Assembly (NCBI GenBank): GCA_047285535.1
Contig: JBJBDC010000001.1
Coordinates: 2,112,136 to 2,176,135, forward strand
Source of the DNA: Synechococcus sp.
GTDB taxonomy: Bacteria; Cyanobacteriota; Cyanobacteriia; PCC-6307; Cyanobiaceae
Direction: 5' to 3'
DNA: 64,000 nt
This document shows, one piece after another, positions 56,935-64,000 of this stretch. Under the pieces are notes generated by a model. It was not told the DNA's origin. It worked only from the letters and a program-made list of their open reading frames with translations, and searched no databases. The position numbers and the translations under genes were made by a program. Every line of letters begins with the position of its first letter. The stretch's first letter is position 1.

Positions 56935-57723
56935 TCAGAAGGGAATCGGCATCGTTACATCCGCAGGCTCCGGTGCACATGCACTCACTTGGTAATTCAC
57001 CACATCTCCCACCACAACGATGGATGGAGACACAAAGTTTTTGGTTCGCGTTAGGGCTGCCACATCATGCAAGGGTGCACTGAGGCAACGCTGGCCTGCC
57101 ACCGTTCCCTGCTGAACAACCGCAACCGGTGTTTCAGCATCAAGACCACCAGCAATCAATTCTTCAGCAATTCGCGGAAGATTATGCAAACCCATATAAA
57201 TCACCAAGCCATCACTGGCTGTGGCCAGAGCCCGCCAATTCACCGAAGGGCGACGCTTATCAATTTCCTCATGACCTGTCACGAACGTGACCGACGACCC
57301 AGCACGACGATGAGTCACAGGAATTCCGGCATAGGCAGGAGCCGCAATACCCGCCGTGACACCAGGAACAACCTGAACTTGAATCCCGTGGGATACCAAA
57401 TGGGCCGCTTCTTCACCACCACGACCGAACAGAAAGGGGTCCCCTCCCTTCAATCGCACCACTGTTTGATAGCGCTTCGCTAACATCACAAGCACTGAAT
57501 TAGTGCTCGGCTGGGGAACAGAGTGATGGCCACGACGTTTACCCACAAAATGCCGTTTGCAACACTCGGGCACAAGATCAAGAACCTCACGCGGAACAAG
57601 TGAGTCATAGACAAGGGCATCGCAACTTCGGAGGAGACGATGGGCTTTGACCGTCAGGAGGTCGGGATCCCCTGGGCCCGCTCCTACGAGATACACAGTT
57701 CCTGTATTGGTCGACTCAGTCAC
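56935..57723 (-). CDS. cobA: Uroporphyrinogen-III C-methyltransferase (siroheme)
   Basis: VGAGPGDPDLLT, LKGGDPFLFGRGGEE, IPVTHR. Confidence 0.95.
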   Translation of the reverse strand: MTESTNTGTVYLVGAGPGDPDLLTVKAHRLLRSCDALVYDSLVPREVLDLVPECCKRHFVGKRRGHHSVPQPSTNSVLVMLAKRYQTVVRLKGGDPFLFGRGGEEAAHLVSHGIQVQVVPGVTAGIAAPAYAGIPVTHRRAGSSVTFVTGHEEIDKRRPSVNWRALATASDGLVIYMGLHNLPRIAEELIAGGLDAETPVAVVQQGTVAGQRCLSAPLHDVAALTRTKNFVSPSIVVVGDVVNYQVSACAPEPADVTMPIPF

Positions 57724-58406
57724 GGCAAAGCAGCAAGACAATTGATCAGACCCTGCCGCAGGGCGGGATCTTCAAGAAGGGTTGGGAGACCACCAGCCTC
57801 ACGCAGTACCTCCGACATCCGATTGGGTGCCAACGAAAGGGGCAAAGGAACCATTTTGGGATGGTCACGAGCAAACGCAGCCCAAGCGTCAAACGCTACC
57901 AAAGGCAGGTTCAGGCGACGCTGAATTGAAGCCAGAAAACGATCGGATACTCCTGAATGGAGTGGATGATGAACCAGTGCCAGACCCGGTTGATAGTGAG
58001 CAAGATCAGACGTCCATCGCACCACCAGCGACCACCAACTTTCCCAACTGCCAAGAAAGGGAAGGGGCCTCACGTTTGTCCCTTCACCTCTCAGACGATC
58101 ACGAATCTGCGGGACATCGATACGAACATGACTGCCAGGAAGTAAGAGCAGAGGAACAAGCCATTGACAGTCGCACCGCGCAGGCTGCTGCCGATCTGCC
58201 GTAAGAACTTCCAGCTCAACTTGAGACGAACGTCGCTCCGAGACAGCCATAACGATCTGATTCAAGCAAGAGGACACCAATCCCCCAGATCGACCATGGA
58301 TGACCAAACGAAGACCAACAGAGCGATCAGAATCGCCGCGATTACGTAACAACGGCCACGGATCAGGACCCCCTTGTCCTGATGTAGTCAGATGGTCACG
58401 ATGCAT
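57720..58406 (-). CDS. CbiX/SirB-like chelatase-domain protein
   Basis: IHGRS, VPLLLLPGSHVRIDVP, PFLG; coupled to cobA near nirA; start uncertain. Confidence 0.7.
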   Translation of the reverse strand: MHRDHLTTSGQGGPDPWPLLRNRGDSDRSVGLRLVIHGRSGGLVSSCLNQIVMAVSERRSSQVELEVLTADRQQPARCDCQWLVPLLLLPGSHVRIDVPQIRDRLRGEGTNVRPLPFLGSWESWWSLVVRWTSDLAHYQPGLALVHHPLHSGVSDRFLASIQRRLNLPLVAFDAWAAFARDHPKMVPLPLSLAPNRMSEVLREAGGLPTLLEDPALRQGLINCLAALP

Positions 58407-58412
58407 CACTTC

Positions 58413-58592
58413 ATGGCCAATTACCGCAGAAGACATTCTCACGCCCAAAGGCAACAGACATCTCGGAACACACAAGCTCCAAAAAGATATCGCAATGATT
58501 TTGATCGCGACTTAGCAGCAATGGCAAGGGTTTGGTCCATGATCCGCCAAGGCGCTGTTCGCTGGATTGGTGAAATAGGTCGCCAATACTGA
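58413..58592 (+). CDS. Small basic hypothetical protein
   Basis: ...RYRNDFDRDLAAMARVWSMIRQGAVRWIGEIGRQY; start uncertain. Confidence 0.45.
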   Translation: MANYRRRHSHAQRQQTSRNTQAPKRYRNDFDRDLAAMARVWSMIRQGAVRWIGEIGRQY

Positions 58593-58649
58593 ATCAAGTT
58601 CTTGCCCATGCATTGCAGATCTATCGAGCCAGAAATCACAGCAGAATCA

Positions 58650-58736
58650 TGTATCCATTTAGACAAAACCATGAGCTGACAATTGCCAGTTTTGTTCCAA
58701 CCGATACCGAAACATGGGTCCACAGATCGCTATAAA
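58650..58736 (+). promoter_or_regulatory. NtcA-like boxes and -10 of nirA
   Basis: TGTA-N8-GACA (58650-65) and GTT-N8-TAC (58694-707), followed 23 nt later by TATAAA. Confidence 0.6.
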
Positions 58737-58813
58737 TCGATGATCAGCACGCTATTCCTGATGTGCTGGAAATCTCACCTCCAGAAGAATTCCTGCTTTT
58801 AAGCATCAGTATT

Positions 58814-60355
58814 ATGAGTGTTCAAATACCAGCCAGGCCATTCCTAGAGGACAAAAAGCTCAACAAAATTGAGCAAAACAAGGCTTCTAAGGATGGCCTT
58901 CTTGTTGGAACTGAAATCGAAGAATTTGCACGTATTGGCTGGGAAGAAGTTGATGAAACTGATCTCCAGCTGAGGCTGAAATGGTATGGAATGTTTTGGC
59001 GCCCCAAAACGCCAGGCAAATTCATGCTCCGCCTGCGGATACCCAATGGCGTCATCAACAATCAACAGCTTAGAGTTGTTGCTTCTATTGTGGAACGCTA
59101 TGGGGACAATGGAAGTTGCGACATAACAACTCGTCAAAATCTTCAATTACGTGGGGTACTACTGAATGACCTGCCAGACATATTAAAACGCCTAAAAGAT
59201 GTTGGCCTGAGTACTATTCAATCAGGCTTTGACAACCCAAGAAACGTCACTGGAAACCCTTTGGCGGGCATTGATCCCAATGAGATCATCGATACACGTC
59301 CGTTCACAACTGAACTTCAAAATTTCCTCACCAATCATTGCGAAGGAAATCCTGAATACTCAAATCTTCCTCGCAAATGGAATACTGCTGTTGCCGGGTC
59401 TAAAGATAACTTTCTGCTCCACAATGACATCGTCTTTCATCCCGTAGAAAAAGATGGAGTCATGGGGTTTGGGGTTTGGGTTGGAGGAATTCTCTCCTCA
59501 CAAATGAATGCTTACGCCATCCCTTTGAACGCCTGGGTTAAACAAGATGAAATCTGCAAAATGACTGATTGTGTAATCCGTTTATGGCGTGACAATGGTG
59601 AGCGTGACAAGCGGCCCAAAGGTCGCTTTCGGATGTACCTAGACCAGCTCGGGATCGACACGTTTAGAAGCAAAGTCGAAGCGATCTTCGGCCCACTTGT
59701 AGAGGATCCTGGATCCGTTTTTGATACCACGCCACGTTCTCATTATGGAATTCATCCTCAAAAGAATACAGGTGAGTTTTACGCTGGTCTACACGTCAAT
59801 GTAGGACGACTGACAGCAAACGACCTTCACGATTTCGCCACTGCAAGTTTGGAGTATGGCAACGGTGAAGTGCGTCTAACAGAAGACCAAAATGTCATCA
59901 TCGTTGGAATTTCTACGTCCAATGTCGATCGGTTTAAAGCAGATCCCTTACTACAACGCTTTCCGCTTCATCCAGAAGCCATAGCTGCTGGAACGGTGTC
60001 CTGCACTGGCAACACCTATTGCAGCTTTGCACTCACAAACACTAAAGATCAAGCGATTGCAACAGCAAAAAAACTTGACGATGAACTCGAACTACCCGAA
60101 GAACTCAAAATTCATTGGACGGGATGCCCGAATACCTGTGGACAAGCTTTTATGGGTGCCATCGGACTCACAGGAACCAAAGCAAAAAACAGCGAAGGCG
60201 TGATGGGTGAGGGCTACAACCTGAGCATCGGAGGGTCTCAAGGAGAAAATCCACAAATTGGAGAAGTACACCAAAAAGCAATTCCCGCTGACGAGATCCA
60301 CAGCGTATTGAAACAAGTACTCATCGAGCAATTTGGCGCCAAGCCCAAAGCCTAA
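58814..60355 (+). CDS. nirA: Ferredoxin-nitrite reductase
   Basis: TTRQNLQ, NLPRKWN, SCTGNTYC, WTGCPNTCG. Confidence 0.97.
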   Translation: MSVQIPARPFLEDKKLNKIEQNKASKDGLLVGTEIEEFARIGWEEVDETDLQLRLKWYGMFWRPKTPGKFMLRLRIPNGVINNQQLRVVASIVERYGDNGSCDITTRQNLQLRGVLLNDLPDILKRLKDVGLSTIQSGFDNPRNVTGNPLAGIDPNEIIDTRPFTTELQNFLTNHCEGNPEYSNLPRKWNTAVAGSKDNFLLHNDIVFHPVEKDGVMGFGVWVGGILSSQMNAYAIPLNAWVKQDEICKMTDCVIRLWRDNGERDKRPKGRFRMYLDQLGIDTFRSKVEAIFGPLVEDPGSVFDTTPRSHYGIHPQKNTGEFYAGLHVNVGRLTANDLHDFATASLEYGNGEVRLTEDQNVIIVGISTSNVDRFKADPLLQRFPLHPEAIAAGTVSCTGNTYCSFALTNTKDQAIATAKKLDDELELPEELKIHWTGCPNTCGQAFMGAIGLTGTKAKNSEGVMGEGYNLSIGGSQGENPQIGEVHQKAIPADEIHSVLKQVLIEQFGAKPKA

Positions 60356-60450
60356 GCGTAGAAAATCTGATCAACGGATGAACATCGTGGCGCTTTTTTT
60401 TGAAGCCATGATTCCACCGATCTGTAACACAACCCTTTATTGGTTTCACA

Positions 60451-60585
60451 ATGACTCGTTCAAGTGATTTTCTCACTCGGTTTGTTAATTGGCTGAGTAC
60501 TAGTGGTGCAGACAAAGCACCAATTAGCACTAAACCCGCCAATCAAGATTTCTTTTCTCGCTTGATGAATCGCGTCAGCGGTTGA
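60451..60585 (+). CDS. 44-aa small protein between nirA and focA (not in ORF track)
   Basis: MTRSSDFLTRFVNWLSTSGADKAPISTKPANQDFFSRLMNRVSG*; internally repeated DF-x-x-R-x-x-N-x-x-S motif. Confidence 0.65.
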   Translation: MTRSSDFLTRFVNWLSTSGADKAPISTKPANQDFFSRLMNRVSG

Positions 60586-60613
60586 TCACTTTCAATCCAT
60601 TAATAACTCAATT

Positions 60614-61522
60614 ATGAGCGCAACAGCGTCCCAGATGGACTACGTCCTACCCAATGAACTCGTCGACGGCATGATTGCCGCTGGCGGCAAGAAAGCAACG
60701 GTCAGCATCAAGAACTTGCTCATCCGGGGGTTTTATTCCGGCGCCATTCTTGGTCTCGCAGTGGTCCTGGCCCTCACCGTTGGAATCCTGACAAAACTTC
60801 CATTCGTTGGATCTCTTCTCTTCCCATTCGGTTTTGCCAGCATCGTTCTGTTCGGAATGGAGCTGGTGACCGGTAACTTCGCATTACTGCCCATGGCCAC
60901 TTGGGCTGGCAAAAGCAGCTGGAGTGCAACATTTCGAAATTGGGTGTGGGTGTGGATCGGCAATTTCATCGGCACACTTGTAGTCGCCATCATCATGGCG
61001 ATCAGCCTCACTAGTGGCAGCATGGATGCTGCTGCTGAGAACGTTGGACCTCCAATCTGGGATCTTGTCGCTCAGAAAATCGTTGCTCTGAACCAAATCA
61101 ACGTAGTCAAGAAATACGAGGCTCTTGGAAGCATGGGCTTCTTTTTGGCATTCCTGCGCGGTGTTGTTGCCAACTGGTTGGTTTGTCTTGGAGTCACGAT
61201 GGCTCTAGTGAGCAAAAGTGTTCCAGGAAAAATTCTGGCCTGCTGGTTACCGATCACAGCCTTCCAATCGTTAGGCATGGAACACATCGTTGTGAATCAA
61301 TTCCTACATACGGCTGGGCCAATCCTCGGCTCAGGGGTGCCCTTCTATAAGGTGATTTTCTGGAACTTCTTACCTGTCACGCTAGGAAACATTGTTGGAG
61401 GCATGGTGTTTATCGGAATGCTCTTCTACAGCACCCATCGCACCAAGATTTCAGGCGTGCTGCCAACCGAGCATGATGAAAAACTAGAACGTGAACTGGC
61501 CGCTGAACTTGGTGCTCGCTGA
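60614..61522 (+). CDS. focA: Formate/nitrite transporter (FNT family)
   Basis: ELVTGN, NWLVCL, GMEHIVVN, VTLGNIVGG. Confidence 0.93.
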   Translation: MSATASQMDYVLPNELVDGMIAAGGKKATVSIKNLLIRGFYSGAILGLAVVLALTVGILTKLPFVGSLLFPFGFASIVLFGMELVTGNFALLPMATWAGKSSWSATFRNWVWVWIGNFIGTLVVAIIMAISLTSGSMDAAAENVGPPIWDLVAQKIVALNQINVVKKYEALGSMGFFLAFLRGVVANWLVCLGVTMALVSKSVPGKILACWLPITAFQSLGMEHIVVNQFLHTAGPILGSGVPFYKVIFWNFLPVTLGNIVGGMVFIGMLFYSTHRTKISGVLPTEHDEKLERELAAELGAR

Positions 61523-62225
61523 TGATGAAGCCATCCTTTGGGAACGGCTGTCCAATGCACGACGGATTCCACTGAATCCAATCTGGCTGGGAGAGGTTTT
61601 CTCTCCCAGCCTTTCCGACCGTCTCCGCTTTGCCATAGCTGAGCGTTTAGGAATGCTTGCGGAATCAGGCTGGCCAATTATCTACACCCTGATCGAACAG
61701 TACGGAATCAATCCTGAATTGATTCATGCTGCCGGTCTATGCCATCAACCTGAGGCAAGAGATTGGTTGCTCAAGCAACTGAATCAATCTAATCATCCAG
61801 ATGCCCTGTTGCTCAACGCACTCAGTTGCTGGGGTGCCGAACTCACTCTTGATCAGTTCAAATTTATTCTGCAGCTACCTGGCCAGGCAGAACGCCTTGC
61901 CGGATTAAATCTTCTGAGCTTTAAGTCCCATCAACTTCAAGCCTCAGAATTAATCGATTTATGTGAATTCACACTTCAAGATTGGAGAGATCCTGTTGTG
62001 ATTGCCAGCATTCGCTTACTACAAAGGCGAGACGAATCAGAAGTGAGTAACAGGCTCGCCCTTTTAGTCCACAAAGGATCAGAAGCGAGTGCTGAAGCTG
62101 CCTTAAGAGCCTTGGGTTGCATGGCTACTATAGAAAGCAAAAAATCATTAAAGAGACTCAGCTGTGAATTAAAAGACAAGGAGCGGCGGCTGCAAGCCTT
62201 AAAACAACTCCAGCAGCAATATTAA
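61512..62225 (+). CDS. nirX: HEAT-repeat-like protein of the nitrite cluster
   Basis: Helical repeat character; follows nirA-focA as in marine picocyanobacteria. Confidence 0.7.
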   Translation: MLADDEAILWERLSNARRIPLNPIWLGEVFSPSLSDRLRFAIAERLGMLAESGWPIIYTLIEQYGINPELIHAAGLCHQPEARDWLLKQLNQSNHPDALLLNALSCWGAELTLDQFKFILQLPGQAERLAGLNLLSFKSHQLQASELIDLCEFTLQDWRDPVVIASIRLLQRRDESEVSNRLALLVHKGSEASAEAALRALGCMATIESKKSLKRLSCELKDKERRLQALKQLQQQY

Positions 62226-62232
62226 AAGTAAC

Positions 62233-62260
62233 AAAAAAGCCCGGACTGACCGGGCTCAAA
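62233..62260 (-). terminator. Intrinsic terminator between convergent nirX and cynS
   Basis: AGCCCGG-actga-CCGGGCT preceded by A6 (U-tract on minus). Confidence 0.8.
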
Positions 62261-62280
62261 ATCCAATCAACCGAAATTAT

Positions 62281-62760
62281 TCACCATTTTTTATAAGGAA
62301 GAAATTTTCCACACATGGTTATTTCTACGCGATCACCCTTAGGATCTTCAACCTTATCCACATCGATTGTAAAATCAATCGCACTCATAATGCCGTCACC
62401 AAACTTCTCCTGAATCACATCTTTAAGCGGCATGCCGTAAACCTGCATAATTTCATAAAAACGATAAATCAGAGGATCTGTAGGAATCACTGGATCAAGG
62501 CTTCCTTTAGTTGGAAACTCCTGCAAGGCAGCAGTTATGGCAGGATCAAGATCCAATAATTCTGATAACTTACTTGCTTCTTCTGGTGAAGCCGTTGCCT
62601 GACCATAGAAAAGGGAAGCAATCCAAACCTCATCGAGGCCAAGTGCCGTTTCTAAATCAGCAAAGGAAAGCTGCTTAGCCTTTTTTGCAGCCATAAGAGA
62701 GGCTGTAAGCGTAGATGGAGAAGGTCCAGCCAATGAAGGCACTAAGGCTGAAGTAGTCAT
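62281..62760 (-). CDS. cynS: Cyanate hydratase (cyanase)
   Basis: [30 protein letters not shown]. Confidence 0.97.
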   Translation of the reverse strand: MTTSALVPSLAGPSPSTLTASLMAAKKAKQLSFADLETALGLDEVWIASLFYGQATASPEEASKLSELLDLDPAITAALQEFPTKGSLDPVIPTDPLIYRFYEIMQVYGMPLKDVIQEKFGDGIMSAIDFTIDVDKVEDPKGDRVEITMCGKFLPYKKW

Positions 62761-63020
62761 GCAGCGAAAACCAAATAAATGAACGACTAGAGATCAGCAA
62801 CCCTTCCGGGGCTTCTCAAAAGTGAATCGATCATCGACAACATCAAGACCCAAAACTGATGCATTGACTACCAATTCATGATCTCAAGGCAACCAAAGCA
62901 GCATCCGTAACAGAATGCCAGAAGATAAGACGTCACTATGAAATCACAGACGATCGCTGGGTCTTCATGTTTCTCTCCTCATCAATTCAAAAATTCAATC
63001 ATTTCCTGAATCAATTCCAA

Positions 63021-63185
63021 ATGAGCATCAACAACCTCATTGCGAATCAACCATTAACAGCATCACCAGCCCCTGCACCTCAATCATTTCCAAATCTGCT
63101 CATTGAACGCCTCTATTACGCCGAAGGGCGTCATCACCCCGCGCATCCACGTCATGGCAGCTTTTCAGGGCTTTCCCTGAACTAG
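63021..63185 (+). CDS. 54-aa protein with LYYAEGR-HxxHxxH motif, paralog of 2739-2918
   Basis: PNLLIERLYYAEGRHHPAHPRHGSFSGL; alternative ATG at 62967. Confidence 0.75.
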   Translation: MSINNLIANQPLTASPAPAPQSFPNLLIERLYYAEGRHHPAHPRHGSFSGLSLN

Positions 63186-63211
63186 CACTAAAATGACTCT
63201 AGGGTCATCCG

Positions 63212-63225
63212 GTAACAATTAATAC
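63212..63225. promoter_or_regulatory. Perfect NtcA box
   Basis: GTAACAATTAATAC, 52 nt upstream of the cnaT-like start. Confidence 0.75.
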
Positions 63226-63277
63226 CGTCATAGGAGATAATTCTGCAAAACGATTTCCTGCGGTACCGGTCACATCT

Positions 63278-64000
63278 ATGGCAACTCCCCTAGAAGCCAA
63301 TCAGCGTGAACGTTTTAAGCAACTTCTACGCAAAATCGGCAGTGGAGAGCACACCAGCAAAGGTTTGAGCCGAAGTGAAGCGGCTGATGCCATGGAGCTT
63401 ATGTTGACTGGAGGAGCATCCGATGTACAAATCGGTGCTTTTCTGATCGCCCATCGCATACGTCGCCCCGAACCTCAAGAGCTGACCGGCATACTCGACA
63501 CCTTCAAAAGCCTCGGACCATGCCTGCGTAGTGAACCGAGTCAACGTCGACCGATCTGCTTTGGCATGCCGTTTGACGGACGCTCTCGCACAGCACCGAT
63601 CTACCCCTTAACTGCTTTGTTGTTACTGGGTGCCGGGCAACCGGTGGTGTTACACGGTGCAGGTCGAATGCCTGTGAAATTTGGCATCACAGCAACAGAA
63701 TTGTTTTCTTCACTCGGGCTCGATCTACAGGGCATGTCAATCAATGAGGTCCAAAGAGGTTTCAACCTCCATGGTCTCGCCCTCATTCACCAACCAGATC
63801 ATTTCCCAATCGGCGAGACTCTCATTCCGGCTCGGGACGATCTAGGTAAGCGACCACCTCTCGCCAGTGCCGAGTTGCTGTGGACCGCTCACCAAGGGGC
63901 CCACCTACTAGTCAGCGGCTTCGTGCACCCGCCTACCGAAAGTCGAGCCTGGCAAGCCCTGGAATTAGCTGGAGAAACTGAGGTGATAACCGTCAAAGGA
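63278..64000 (+). CDS. Anthranilate phosphoribosyltransferase-like protein (CnaT/YbiB type), truncated by window end
   Basis: Hand translation MATPLEANQRERFKQLLRKIGSGEHTSKGLSRSEAADAMELML...QIGAFLIAHRIRRPEPQEL...PFDGRSRTAP. Confidence 0.85.
   Translation, partial: MATPLEANQRERFKQLLRKIGSGEHTSKGLSRSEAADAMELMLTGGASDVQIGAFLIAHRIRRPEPQELTGILDTFKSLGPCLRSEPSQRRPICFGMPFDGRSRTAPIYPLTALLLLGAGQPVVLHGAGRMPVKFGITATELFSSLGLDLQGMSINEVQRGFNLHGLALIHQPDHFPIGETLIPARDDLGKRPPLASAELLWTAHQGAHLLVSGFVHPPTESRAWQALELAGETEVITVKG

Overview
Marine picocyanobacterial (Synechococcus-like) chromosome segment. The genus is inferred from gene content, gene order and NtcA-type promoters. Left to right: (i) SDR and zur, then a ~4 kb small-gene islet at the 3' end of tRNA-Val(TAC). 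The islet holds hli, a small His-motif protein, a decayed petF-type ferredoxin and an unannotated NblA-like ORF under a textbook NtcA promoter. (ii) Housekeeping genes (mazG, arfB, speE, speB, gcvT, aspS, a group-2 sigma factor, pyrG, queE/queC, pabB/pabC-like), interrupted by a PPIase-HlyB-HlyD type I secretion module and ecotin. (iii) A ~38 kb nitrogen-assimilation supercluster: APC permease, a glutamine-riboswitch/DUF4278-like gene, formamidase amiF, a low-GC urtABCDE, ureEFG/ureDABC, class-I GATase, a circularly permuted ATP-grasp/alpha-E/transglutaminase triad, Moco genes, nrtP, narB, narM, siroheme genes, nirA, focA, nirX, cynS and a truncated cnaT-like gene. Many GTA-N8-TAC NtcA boxes are readable. 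Several of the most interesting elements are ORFs under 60 aa or non-coding, so they are missing from the supplied ORF track. All protein assignments come from recognising motifs by eye; no database searches were run.
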